Assembly: GCA_964187785.1 (NCBI GenBank)
Contig: OZ076409.1
Coordinates: 77,564,001 to 77,628,000 of the forward strand
Direction: 5' to 3'
Source: Amphiscolops sp. MND2022
Taxonomy: Eukaryota
Length of the DNA: 64,000 nucleotides
Position numbers and translations under genes: made by a program. The notes beneath the pieces were generated by a model that made no database searches, was not told the DNA's origin, and saw nothing but the letters and a program-made list of their open reading frames with translations. How positions within the stretch are numbered: position 1 is the stretch's first letter; each line of letters starts with the position of its first letter. Shown here piece after piece: positions 48,906 through 62,725 of this stretch.

Positions 48906-51900
48906 AATGCTTCTGAAATTTCACGAGATTCTTTCTTGCCGGAACAGCTTCCAGAGGCATCGTTCGAAATGGAGCCAACCAGACCAGTCCCCCGCATACC
49001 AACCAAACCCGAACGCTGACAGCTCTTGAACAAGAAATACCTCTACGGAGATTCAGTCATTTCGGATACCCCTCCGACTCGGAGTCAAATCAAGAATTGA
49101 CTGAACAGCCGATTCCAGAATCAACCCAACAGTTGGGTTTCCTTGAATTGGACGATCTAGAGCCCCTATTCTCAGACCAGGAAGAAATTCTTTCAAAAGA
49201 GTCCATGAGAAATCTATTACCCTCGACTACGGAAACGTCTCCTCCACTACTGTCAAACCCTTCTCAAACAGACACTATTAGCAAGTTTCCACTGTTCACT
49301 TCCCAAGCTTGGAACTCTGTAATTCCTGAGCCCCCTGTGGAGAACGAACACAAGGAAGGAGTTAACGAGGAAACCCGAATCCCAGATGCCAATCCGGTGC
49401 AACCTCCGACACCAGATAGAACAACACTTAGAAGAGGTAGTCCTAGAGGCCGGCCACCAAGCCGCAAAAAGAGATGCAGCCCCTCTTCGAGTAGGACCAC
49501 TACGATCTTGAGAGGACAATTTTCCAGGTCCCGAAAAAGCCCACGAACTCGAATTAGCACTAGAGCCCGTCATGAACTTTGGAACGAGCAATCACCCTAC
49601 CCAACATTCCAGAGAGACATGCCAGCCCCTGCCTGTGAACTCTTAACAATGCGAGCATCTGAACACCAACACCCGCAGCACGCAATCCTCGCTATTCAAG
49701 CGAAACGAAACAATGTCCACCACTCATTACATCATATTGTAATAACAGTGGAGAAAACATACGCAAGCATAGAAACAGGAGTAGTACCACCACTAGAAAC
49801 TACGCTGAAAGCGATGCACAACAGTTCTCCCTCCACTTGTCCTAACTATCGTTTTAATGAATGGACGCGACAAGACCAGAGCGGTCAAGAGTTTGTTTTC
49901 CGGCTGTCCTACCTCCACTACTGCCCTCGATAAAATTTGGCATAATCGATCCGGAGGATGCAGAGACGGAAATGGTTCGTTGCATCACTTCACACCAACT
50001 GTGGAAACCATATCACTTTGCCTCACCCCCAGGGGACGTATACCAGCCTACCCACGGTTTGTAGCTACAAGTCACCTCCCTAGATGAAGTATCACCAGTA
50101 TCACCCAACACGTTGTTTAATTGCCTTGAAAACTTGCCCACTTCGGTAGAATTCAACACCATTATCTGCTTTCACTTAGCGGGGTTTTTATCGCAGAAAA
50201 TTCTGTAGCCAACATTGGCTACAACTAATAGCACCTTTGTTCTGCTGGCAAGCGCGAATACGTATCTTGGACCAGCATGCCTACACCTTAGAGAAGCCAA
50301 TCACGGTGCTTGAAGCACTCTCCATAGTTCATGAAGGTCCTGCACAAACAAGGTTGAACGACCCTTGCGTTGTTTTGTATGACGAGACTGAAAGGCTATT
50401 TTCGAGCACCTGGCGTCACCATCATCCGACCACTCTAGCAACACCACGAAGAAATGGTTAATCACGCGTCCTAAGGCTAGGCGAAACTACTTGCCATGAA
50501 TATCCTATGCCGACACAGACATATTGCAGGCCTTTGGCAATAAGTTTTGTGTTTTCCTGCAGTCCTTGTATCTCACTTAGCAAGGACGCGCTATGTAATC
50601 CAAGAATATTGACAAGAGGAGATTTTTCGTCTCTATCCAACGATAGGAAAAGCCGTTCACATAGCTAGATCGCCAACCGCGCCCTGGAATAATGAGATTT
50701 TTCTATTGTTTACGCGAAATTCCAATAAACATCCCATGTGGCATGACGTTTTACATTTTGTTTAATTAACCTGATGCGCCAACTCGATGAAACATGCATC
50801 ACACGAGTCCATTTTTCCTGTTACGATCCCGAACGTTCGATCAACATACTTCCAACATGGTATGCTATGCTTAGAGACCATTTCACAGAATCGAACATCG
50901 AAATAGTACTCCACGACAGCGTTTACGTATCTATATCATCAGTAACAGTGACACATGGTACGTAACCGTTCGCGTCATTTCGAGCTTCCTGTGAGGCCAT
51001 TGGCCTCTCTTTTAAACTCCTTTAAACTCTTTTAACGTCTTTTAAATTTTTATTCATCAATTAAATAGATGCTCGTTTTATCTCTAGCTGCGTTCCTCAA
51101 TCTGTTTTCGTATCATTAAAGTTAATTTCTTTTCGTTCACGACTCTCTGTCAAAAACTTTTTGAATTTCAATTGCTGCCTGTTTTTCAGTTTAGTCCTGT
51201 TGCATTCCCTTCGCGCGGCCTTGCCCTTACTTATCATTGTCGTTATCATTCGCCTCCAGTGCTACCATCTGTACATTTATCCAACATGAAAAACTCCCGT
51301 CAAAGCATGCCCGCACTCTCCAATCAGATCACCAATCGTCAGCAGCATCCTGAACTTGGCACTACGTCTGCCACGATCTCTCCAGGAGAAATCAATGGCA
51401 GATTTGATCAATTGGCGCTTGTTCAGAACACTTTGCAGACTGGGGCTACCCAACACTAGTCGCTGGCATTGCCATACTCATTGCACAGATGCAAGCGCAA
51501 ACTGACCAGCCCGATCTAGACCTCACAGTCTGCAGGGGCCTTGGGTCGCTTGTGCGCGCCGCACGTTTCCAAAGCTGGAGTCTGGCTGGGATATGATATA
51601 ACCCACAGTATCGGAGACCCGCGATCGCGTTCGTCATATGATGAGCCTACAAGGCCTCCCATGGATCAAGAACATTCTCTAATTATGCAACCCTTAACTG
51701 CCCCACCGCCCTCTTTTCCCCATCCCCTTCCCCTCCAGCAAGGCACTTTGCCTACGCCTCCGCCTCCAACTTTGCCATAAAATTTTCAACTCTTTAGCTG
51801 TACTTTGCCTGTAATTCCACCTCCTATAGTAACCCCTACCATACTTTTGGCATCCGCTGGCATTCGACTCTCGATGCAGCCTACCTCCAACTTCATGCTT

Positions 51901-54554
51901 TCTTCAGCTTTCCAGGGGGAAGGTGTATAAGAAAACAAAGTACAAACAGACCAAACTCCTGAACACTCACAAAATGCGCTTCAAGCTTTGCAAGTTGCAA
52001 TCAACGATCCACCACCCAGGACAGTAACTTTCCAAGACTCATACGATGTAGCGAAGCCATCCACGTCTAAATACAATATCCCTAGAAGTGATCCACAACC
52101 ACTGGTAGCATACCAAAAGGATCCACAATTGAAAGAGCGCCAACGACAACAGCAACATGCTGAGAGTCAGGCTGCCAAGACCCCTATAGATCACAGAACA
52201 ATACTCAATACGAGCAAGAGGCCCAAGCAAATCGAACTCAAAACCCCTCTCCCACACAACAGCCAGAGACTACACTAGTTAGACTAAGCAGGGAGTTGCT
52301 GTCAACATCCGAGGCACAGCAATTAGACATCACATTTAGAGACGCAGAGAGTCTGCAGTGAGAGATTGCTGCCACTGCTGAGAAAAAAGCCCCGACTTGT
52401 TGAGATTTGAAACAGTGACAGGCAAGGGAGATCCGGAAGCTGTGAGGACCCTAGAAAGAAACACGATTGGTGCTCACTACATTCGTCTAGTCAAAAGGGC
52501 AGTCTTCTAACCAGATCGTTACCCGCCTTGGTTTGAAAGGTTGCGCGCTGATCTGAGAAAAGATGACTTCCCCTACATTAAACCACTACCCCGGAACATC
52601 AAACTGAGCAAGTAACAAGCTGGCCAGTATGCAGAGAGCCTGTTCCGCAACAAAGACTTCATGAAGGAACCAGTTACTCTACACCCTATGGGAAAAGAAG
52701 TACTGCAAAAAGCCAGAATCGTCTCATTTGTAGACTCAACCATGAAATCTTCCAGCAACATGAATTACACCCTCATGGACGTGCGAGTAATGAATATGCC
52801 TTGTTCTACGCTGTAAAACATGATCGAAGTGATATGCAAGATTTTCGGTCCTGCAGCAGCCGAGACCATCCCCTTTCCCTCATTCCTAGTGTACTCCAAT
52901 ATGATAGACCACCTCGCACTGCGGGGCATATTGAGATTATTTAAACCAGATTATTCTAGTTCAACCGAAGCCTTCATGACAGACGAAGCAACAGCATACG
53001 TTGAAGCCATGAAAATTGTGGTGCGTGTTGTCAAAAACAAGTAAGCAGCGGCGGTAGTCATTTTTGTCTCCCCGCCAGGTCAAATCTACTTATCCAGACC
53101 CCTGCAACAGTTCCCTTATTCCGTATTTGGTAACGGAGGCCGCTGCTGCACGCGACATTTGTTTTCACACACTGGCGCCAATTCTCGAAATCAGTGCAAA
53201 TCCGTGCCATCCTTGCGAGACGTCTTATCCAGCGTTCCTGGCGGAGGTATTGAAGGCTTTACTGGCCTATACAGGAAACAGAGGAAACAATCAGATGCTA
53301 GTCAACGAGGCCACCGCATTTGACTTTGGAATGCAGATGGCCCATAGATCGTTGGACGAAAGTGGAGTTCGCCAAGTCAGTGAACTGACCCCTTGAGAGG
53401 AAAAACGTGTTAGATATCCTCTGGCATGAGTGAAGAGATGAATCCACGCTAGACGAAAAGACTCACCAGCCACAAAGAGCTAGTAGCTTTTTTCAAAAAG
53501 ACCGAAGGAATAAGGCAGAACTGACTAGATACGACCGTCTTCCCTACAGTCACACCAGCAGTAGATGCACAAGCAGGCGCAGTCTCCCCCTCATTGGCAC
53601 TACTGGCCATAATGACACGAGACGTTGTCCGCAGAAATGAGTACTTGAGTGAAATCTTGCCATATTTGATGTCAGTTGGCCTGAGTGCCGCATACCAAGG
53701 CCCAACTCAGTTGATGAAAAGAATGGTATTAAACAAGACCAATACATGCTTTTTCAGCTTTCTAGTATTTGGAGGGAATCAAGGAATTTGGCTGCAAGCA
53801 CTGATCAACACCTTGGACCCAGCGGGTCCCTTGCAATTGAAAACACAATTGGACAACAACATAGAAGCTTTGCTCGCATGGATTTATTCCACATGTGTCA
53901 ACGTTTCAGGCATAAAGCATCCATTATGGCCTATACGATCATCAAGGATAGGAAACAGGTGGAACACAACTACTCAACGCTGATACATGCACGTGCTCAA
54001 TGCGCTGTACCCCTGCTCCTTAGAATTCCATCCGAATTGGTGGTTCTTCATCCTTCCAACCCAGAAACAGGTGGGTAAATGATTTCCCTGGCTGGGTTGT
54101 AGCGGTGATCCTGCGGATCTCAACAACAGTGATACATCGTCCATGCGGCATAGTACGGGAAAAAGCGCCCAGTGGCCAACATTATCCTTATGCATGTGAC
54201 ACCTCAAGGATGTACTGCGCAAGGGCGGAACCCTGTGTCAACACTGCCACCATCTTCTGGACAAAGCCAGAACTGGTAGACCAAGCTATTCATCAACAGT
54301 ATCAAAAGTTGAATACCGCTTTGCCTTTCATGGGACGAGAGCCTACTGTCAGGACCTTGCCAATGAGCTCGATATTCCAAAGATGGCCTTGGAGATCTTT
54401 CTCGATTTGTTCGGTCGACAGCGGGAGCGCGAAAAGCCATCGGCGCAGGTTATGCCAAAGTTGGTGCCTTCCTACTAAAAATTCGAAAAATGAAGAGTAT
54501 TACTACGCTATTGTAAATTTTTGTTGGTGGCGCACAAGGTACCACTGCAAAAAC

Positions 54555-55160
54555 GTAAGAAGACCGCAAAAAGAGGCCCCACCCCGAAAAACACCGAAAA
54601 ACTCGTATAGTCAGACACCCGAAAACGTCCAGAAGCTGAAACAAGGCAAAACCCAATGTTGTGCCATCTGATGCAGAAATAACAAGAGTCTGGCAGAAAG
54701 ATGCAATTCCTGTACGAATGTTACCCGAGACTCAGAACTTGTTAAAAACAGTCCCGAATACCTTTTCAGTGCTATTCTGTAGTGTTTTTATAAATTTTCA
54801 GGTGCTTGATAATGTTGGACCTTCCATGTCACAACTTCAGATCTTCATCATAGAATAGAATGTACTTCGGCTATGCAGCTGTTGTTGGACATCGGAGGTA
54901 TGTACGAGGCTGCAGGAACGTCAGGAACCTTATAATTTGCTTTCACAAGCTTTTGGGGCGTTTCCGGACTTTGAGAGTGCCGGCACGTGGCCTCGGAGCT
55001 CTAATTTGTGGAGCCTCCTTTGACGTATGGAAAATCCCCCTGGGAGAACATTTTGTGACAAAAACTGATCTCTAGGGCTGTAGTAAGACAACGGTCTCCT
55101 GTTTAAGCACCCTAGGCATTATCCCACTTCTATAATGTACGCTGCTAGGTGGGCGTTACA
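54555..55160 (+). repeat. 3' LTR of family D element, lacking the first ~100 bp
   Basis: Aligns by eye to 39082-39685 with scattered substitutions and small indels; ends GTTACA. Confidence 0.9.
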
Positions 55161-55471
55161 TGTCCGCTATCAACGTTCTGGCTAATTGGGTATGTTTTGT
55201 CAAAATTTCAAAATCCCATTTCGCGGTGTTTGTAGCTGAGAAATTCGTTAGTAGTCTCGCAATAAGAAAACTAGAAAAGACATTGGCTACAATTATGACA
55301 TATTCACACCCACCAATATCGGTGGTAAACTTGGCAAAAGTTCAGTTTGCGATGCAACCTGTGGACGCAAGTCCCAACCCAGTAAACTCAGCATATGACT
55401 TTATATTTTGTGACTTGTATTTTGTGAGGATAGTAACAGAAGAACAGGTTTCATCAAAGTGCCATACTTCA

Positions 55472-55566
55472 AAAAACACGATTTCCATAAGAGGGCTATA
55501 CTTAAAAAACATGGTATCCATAAAAGGGCCATACTTGAAAACATGGTTTCCATAAAAGGGCCATAC
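55472..55566. repeat. ~32-bp tandem repeat, 3 copies
   Basis: AAAACATGGTTTCCATAAAAGGGCCATACTT-like units. Confidence 0.85.
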
Positions 55567-57871
55567 AGTTATATGAATTCATGCAATCCATACAATGATC
55601 ATATATGGAAAACATTAAAGTCATAACAAGAACATAAAATCTGTAATCCGCAAGTAACCGTAACCGCATGTAACCATCCGCCAATGTCAATACTAGTTGT
55701 TGCAAACACATCGTCGTCCTATACTTGAGCAGTTTCGTTTTTGTTTACCACGGAGTCCTTCCAGTTAAAGTTCCTGAGGAACTAAGGGTGCAATTCTGAG
55801 TTGTCTCGTAGATTGACTTTTCTTGTGATTGGATTTTTTTCTCATTCCATTAGGTTTATTTTCGGTATCACTGTGTGTTCTTCTTTATTCACAGGGTCTT
55901 CTGGAAACGGAGTCCAAACTTAGTTCCTGTGGACTTGTTAGTTTTCAGGAGACTTTCATAATGATTTGCTCTTTCAGCATCATCCTATAGAAGATGCCAA
56001 GTAGACACGTGGTCCACTCGTTTAAAGTTCCTCAACTGTTAAGGTATTAGGACGGAAAAAGGGGCAAGAACAGTTCTATTTTGATTTTAAAAGAGTGAAC
56101 ATTGAAGTTATTCACATGAACACTTGTTTGGTCTTGGGTCAGAGTGGTGATGGTGGTTTCCTTGTTTTTGTAATGTGTTACTCAGTTGGAATACTCATGT
56201 AAATTTATCATCACTTCGTGCCGCAGTGTTAATTGTTTTCCTTGATCTCACTTGTGTTATAAAGTTTAGCTCCATGGCATTGATATAATAGGGATCTGTT
56301 GGTTTTGACTGCATTGATAAGAACGGGGAACTTTGTATTTCCTGTCGCATGGGTAACACCGTATGGTTTATTGTAAGGATGGCAGGCTAATTAGTAGTTT
56401 TCCCATGAGTATAAAGTTCTCGTGAACTTAGATGTCACTGACTTCCAATTTTGTTTCAACTCTGCATTTTTGAATTTCCAGCTGACCTATTGCTACCATT
56501 ATATTTCAACCAATAAACAGGTGCGGAGGCTTCGCAGAAAAATGGTCGGGTTAGACGTAGATCAATTTTGATACTGGAATTCTTACCGCTCTCGTGTCTA
56601 AAAGACTATTCAATGCTAGTTCAAGGGAATCTATGGAGCAACAGAGCATCCGTCGTTTGTATTAGAGTCCGATGATCGTTATCCGTGGAACTTGGTGGGT
56701 GTGTTTTGCCATGGCTGGGTTTTTGTTTTCGCAAGAGTCGGGAAGATGTCATTGTTCTTTTCGGTCAGAGTTAATCTCTCGCTGATGTCACTGAGCCATA
56801 GAATAATCAAAATAACTGTTCGTTTTCAAAAGTTGTTTTAAAGCATTCAAAAGGGGAATACTGTGGTTTGCATCAACTTCTTTCGAACCTGGTTCGATGG
56901 GTTTTTTGGCAAACAGGTGCCTTTCTGACATGCTTTGATGGTTCTTGCGGAAGACTTCTTCAGTTCCTTTGTTCAGTTCTCACCGAAATTCAGGCAATTT
57001 CATGGTTTTAAGGTTGAACAAACTTTTGTCATTATTGCATGACATTTTGAAAATACATGTTTTTGAGCTTGACGAAAATTGCGAGAACTTTTTGCAAGAT
57101 TCTTTCGTTTGTTCGCCGTTTTTTTTGTTTTGATACTTACTAAAATTAAACAAAACATACTTACGGAAAATTAAACAAAGCTTTGCCTGGACAGTGGTAT
57201 TTGTCCAGTAGGACGTCAAGAGCAGATTCCTAGCGTAGCACTTTTTTAAAATTAAAAGTGGCTCGTATGGTCAAGGACTCAGGAACTATTAGGGGTAGGT
57301 TTGGTATAACCACTACGTCAAAGACTTGGCCTTAATCTAGAGAGCCGTCTTTGTTATATTGATTAGGACCAGGGTTCCTTGAAACATTGTATAATCTATA
57401 ATGTGCACCCGATGACTTATAGACCTTACTTACATTAAGAGTGTCCAAAAGACTATTGGCCGCTTTTTGTAGCTGGGGATTTATCCTTTCATGAATTGCT
57501 GAACTGATAACTTTCGGTCTCCTAAAATTCATAGCGCTTCTTATTTCAATGGGCATCCGGCTAATTTGGTGGTTGTTTACGCTTGTAAAGGTTTTCATGT
57601 TCTCTCCTTACTATTCGTGTTTTCCAAAGATCTCAATTCTTCCCTGTTCATATCTTTCCTTCATTGAGTAGATTGGACGTTAGTTGATCATTCATTTCAT
57701 GAGCAGACCTTTTTTCTCGTGACCTGTACTTGATATAACGTCCAATCACTATATCTATACTTTTCGAGTCAGACATGATGTCATACTTACAAGACTTTCT
57801 TTTTTTGGCTTTTTCTCTCCTTGCTTAGGGCATTGTGATAGAGATTTTATTAAGTTCGAGATTTAAAAAAG

Positions 57872-60062
57872 TGTCACAGCCCCATCGGTGCTGTGGAGAG
57901 ATGAATCAGATGAGAACGCCTGAGGAGGAAAGCGAAGAAAGTGACCAGAATGAGACTGAAGAATTAGCATAAGAACCTGAAAGGACCAAACCAACAAACA
58001 ACAATTAAAATACAGAACAATTAAATAGTAATTTAAATAATATTAATAACTTGATCCCCGTGCAGTACCTAAAATTCATAAATATGTAAATACTTAACTA
58101 ATATTAAGTGCAGTGTGTGTGATTTGTTCACAGTAAAACGACCGGCGTGCTGATTGAAATTAATCCAACCAGCGCACCAACCAGCCTACTGCCACGATAA
58201 CAGCGGAGCTAAGCAAATCAATTTTCATTCCTATATTAATAAGCCAATCAGCGTTTAGCGCAAATCCACTGTACTAGCTGAGCGGCCGTTCTAGGCAGAT
58301 CACCACTCGACTGAAAACTGGAACGCACGCCCATTCGCGCGACTGAACTACCAATAAGGATGCTATAGATGATGAATATTTTGCACTATTTTTATGCAAC
58401 CTAAACCTAATAGAAGTTGGAATATGGAAGAATATCCATGGCAAGGTTGAAATAATCACTTATAACATGACACCGATGGATGCTTATGAATGACTCTATC
58501 ATTTTGAGTCAACCACCCAGACAACCGACTAATCAAACTATTTTGAGTCTTAAATCCCAGTTGTTGAATTTGTTAAATTGTAGATTTAATACTGTTAATA
58601 TTCAGTACACGCGAGCTTTTATGAGCTTAATTGACCTCAAGGGAACTGAAAATGAAGAACAATGCAGAATTATGACGCAAAATGTTATTTGTTAAATGTT
58701 AAGTGCGGACCACATTTAATTGAATTTGAGACAACACTCCAGTCTCCCAAATGATGATTACTACTTCCAACTATCCGTAGCACTCATAAGCCTGTTCAGT
58801 TTAAAGATGTGTGTAATTTTCATTCATTGGTGCAATATTATCCTTCTCCTTCATGTAATAACCACTTTAGTATGCCAATAATTGTTAATCGGTCCATTCG
58901 GAGTGAAATTTGTTTATGCAATTGGAGTCAACGCTCTGGTCGACCGTTTATGTCAACCTAAATTAGAACGTGCTACCAAAGGTGTGACCAGAGTATTTAA
59001 TTGTTTAGTTTGCGTGAAAATGTTAACTGTGAGCAGTGTTTAATTGACGTTTAATTGGAAAATGTTCTTACTCTATGTTTTGTAATATTTGCAGTTGGAT
59101 TGCACTTTGTTTCGATGAAAAGTTTGTTTCTTTTCCCGCGCCAGTAGCCAGGTTTATGGACTTTCTTTGCCAACTTCAAATTCAGCGTCACAAATTGGTG
59201 GGGAATGAAGGAGAAGGAACGCGGAAATGAGATTCGGCAGGAAGTCGACTCCCACTTTTAGCAGGAAGTCGACTCCCAACCGAAAGCTGAGTCTCAAGGA
59301 AGTCTTCTTTATTTGGATTTTTCCCGATTCGGATTTACGCCGAGTTGGACGAGGAGTGGGTTCACGCGTGGGATTTATCCCGCGCGTCCAGCGAAAAGTA
59401 TAAATACCTGACGCGGGTTAAGAAAAGGACAGTTGAATTTTAAATTGATACAACCCATTTAGTTTGGAATTGATCGCAGTAATTCGCTTTCCTGAATTGA
59501 TTGTTAGTACCCTTTCGGAGATTAACTTAACTGTTTGGATTGTCTTGAAATCCTGAATTATGTTCGCGTAATTCGCCACTTATTCCAACAGACTGTTCTT
59601 TTTTTGTAAAACTCTCTTTTAAGAGACTGTTCGAGAATCCTAATCTGAACCCAAGTTCAACGATTAATTCAAGTTCTTTTCAGCCTCGTTATTTTCTTCC
59701 CGCAAATGCCAGAAAAGTCTCAAAAAAGAAAGTTAAGAAGAGACCCAGCGGAGGACTCAGATCTAGTAGAGAATTCAAGTATCCCAACAGATGAGAATAA
59801 TTGTCTTTGGAACAAGATTTAGAAGAGATCTCGAGTAAGGTGGAAAACAAAGTGTCAAAACGCCTGAGAGACACAGAGCGTTGTCAAAGAGAAATCCTTA
59901 AATTGATTGAGAACCTGTCGGCTAAGGTAGATAATTTAACTAGTTCATCGTCGCTAGATCCTGGTTGTTCAAGTTCCAGAACTGAGATCCATGAAAATCT
60001 AAAAGACCTTTTGAATTCAGAATACGCCGACGTTTCTGAACAAAGAAACGTTAGTTCCAACA
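57872..60062 (+). mobile_element. Solo LTR (family C, 2191 bp) with a frameshifted leader ORF from 59706 to the LTR end
   Basis: TGTCACA...CCAACA termini; AAAAG on both flanks (57867-57871, 60063-60067); TATAAATA at 59399; ORF MPEKSQKRKLRR... then coiled-coil-like LEQDLEEISSKVENKV... Confidence 0.75.
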
Positions 60063-61056
60063 AAAAGTTCTTTGTATAAAAGGAAATAAGATAAAGTGGT
60101 GCAAAGGTGAATGAAAAAGTCAGAGTAATCAGAAGATTGTTAAAAAATTGTTGAGTTTGACCGGCAGTTTCTTGAGAAAGACAATTTTTTTTCATCAAGT
60201 CATTTTGTCAGCCTTAGCATCAGTTTAATTGATTTAAGGCCTTGTCGTTATGGCCCTATTCTGAAAATACTTCATCAGAGGATACGAGTGCCTGATGTCA
60301 TGGTGTGAGTCAGGTTCAACATCAACGTAAATATCGTTGAGAAGAGCACCTGTTCACATTTTCTAGCATATCTATAAATCTGAATATAAAAAGTTGAATT
60401 ATGTGTCAAATAAAACAAATAAAAATGATTTCAAGGTCACTTTAGTGAGTTGAATGTATGTTCTAACTAAATTAATGCTTTAAACAGATAGATAAAACAA
60501 AGTGCTAAGTGGAGGTAATATCCATAGTCCTATTCACAGTGATTAGGAATTGCGCTGTCTGATTGGTTACCGTAGTCTGGGGACCACCCGTCAACTGAGT
60601 CCAGCTTTGGAAAAATATATTGTATTAAAATATATTGACAATAAACAAAGAAAATGTATTAATTTTTAGTTTTGTACAATACAATATATTCATCCCAGTG
60701 TAAAAACTTTAGCATATCTTGATAAGAATGTAGGATATTCCTGGATTTCTTGGTAAGAATCTTGCCAAGAGTCTTACCAAGAAGTCCACGAATTTGCAAG
60801 ATCTTGCAAGATCGTGCCAAGAAATTCAAGAGATGAACTGACAAAAGTGAATGAAAACAATTAAAAATTGACCCCAATAGCAGCTTGACCAGCGTACCTA
60901 TTATGCCGCAGCTTTACGCGCTACCAACCAAGCTATCACGCTCTCAAATTCACTACACTTTTTGTTGTCCTATAGCCAATACTTCAAAGAATGATAGTGT
61001 AGCTGGTAGTGCGAACACAGAAAAATACTTGTAAACAAAATTTTATATATATATAT

Positions 61057-61956
61057 GAATAGACTCTTTAGACGCTCGTTGGCTTTGGGACCTTGTTTTT
61101 GGTCTTTTCGGGTGATTTGAGGAATCGGTTAAGACTCCTGTCACCATGTTACGACTTACGTTCGTATCGTTGTTTTGGGTAGAATTAATTCTAACTGATT
61201 TTGTAGGGGTGTAGAAACTCCTCGTTTCATTCTCCGTTTCTTCTTCGACATTTTCTCTTACGTTTTCTCTTGTTTCAGGTTTAAGAAGCCTTAGCATTTC
61301 CCTTTCAGACTCTACAAGGAAATTCTTGATTTCGGAAGTAATCTCTTCTTTTAAAGAAGCCTTAGACGTTCCAAGAAACTGTCTTCAATTCTGGTGGATT
61401 TTGGTTTAGACGGTCCCGCAACACTTACGTCCTGGTCTAAAGGACAAAAAGTTTCCACTACAACTGGTGAAAGAAAACCTTCACTTACACTTTCAATAGC
61501 TTCTTGTTTGTTGTTTCTTCTCTTTTGGCTTCTTGTAGTCGACATTTTGATGAAAAAAGATTTGTTTCAGATGAATTCAATTTATCTTCTGAGTATTTTT
61601 CAACAAAGTTGAATGATGTTAATTGAGAAAGAATTAACAAGGTATAGAGCAACTAATTTTCGCAATTAGAAAAGACTGAGTCCCTTGATCAACAAAATGC
61701 ATCGTATTTATATCCCTTTAGCATCATTTGATCACAACTACGTTCCTAATATCCTTCAAACAAGTAGTCATTTTCTGTTTTTTCGGTGAAAAAATCATTA
61801 TGTTCCCAAATTTGAGTCGACATTTTGTCAAATTTTGAGACACGGCAATCTTAATCTAGTATTAGTCATCAACCGTGATCATATCATTTCATTCCGGCGT
61901 CCTTTTGCTTCCTCCCAAGCAGGAAGTAGATATTACCTTAGTCTGTCAAACCGGAA
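61057..61956 (-). mobile_element. Family B fragment: 3' part of LTR, PBS and start of internal gag (second copy ~62723-63622)
   Basis: Reverse-complement homology to ~37065-37868; LTR end at 61147, PBS TGGTGACAGGAG at 61146-61135; ORF pieces MSTTRSQKRR... and ...NVSRNMVTGVLTD. Confidence 0.88.
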
Positions 61957-62664
61957 ATATCGTTGAGAAGAGCACCTGTTCACATTTTCTACCATATCTA
62001 TAAATCTAAATATAAAAAGTTGAATTATGTGTCAAATAAAACAAATAAAAATGATTTCAAGGTCACTTTAGTTAGTTGAATGTATGTTCTAACTAAATTA
62101 ATGCTTTAAACAGATAGATAAAACAACGTGCTAAGTGGAGGTAATATCCATAGTCCTATTCACAGTGATTAGGAATTGCGCTGTCTGATTGGTTACCGTA
62201 GTCTGGGGACCACCCTTCAACTGAGTCCAGCTTTGGAAAAATATATTGTATTAAAATATATTGACAATAAACAAAGAAAATGTATTAATTTTTAGTTTTG
62301 TACAATACAATATATTCATCCCAGTGTAAAAACTTTAGCAAATCTTGATAAGAATGTAGGATATTCCTGGATTTCTTGGTAAGAATCTTGCCAAGAGTCT
62401 TACCAAGAAGTCCACGAATTTGCAAGATCTTGCAAGATCGTGCCAAGAAATTAAAGAGATGAACTGACAAAAGTGAATGAAAACAATTAAAAACTGACCC
62501 CAATAGCAGCTTGACCAGCGTACCTATTATGCCGCAGCTTTACGCGCTACCAACCAAGCTATCACGCTCTGAAATTCACTACACTTTCTGTTGTCCTATA
62601 TCCAATACTTCAAAGAATGATAGTGTAGCTGGTAGTGCGAACACAGAAAAATACTTGTAAACAA

Positions 62665-62669
<5 letters not shown>

Positions 62670-62722
<53 letters not shown>
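62670..62722. repeat. (TA)n microsatellite
   Basis: About 26 TA units; about 6 units at the equivalent site 61044-61056. Confidence 0.95.

Positions 62723-62725
<3 letters not shown>

Larger units (their letters stand above)
38982..55160 (+). mobile_element. Decayed 16.2-kb Ty3/gypsy LTR retrotransposon (family D)
   Basis: LTR 38982-39685 and 5'-truncated LTR 54555-55160; fragmented gag, PR, RT, RNase H and IN between 42.1 and 48.9 kb; long 3' region. Confidence 0.88.

Noticed and set aside
55700..57870. Possible decayed coding sequence on the minus strand
   Set aside because: Only short ORFs and no motif I can name.
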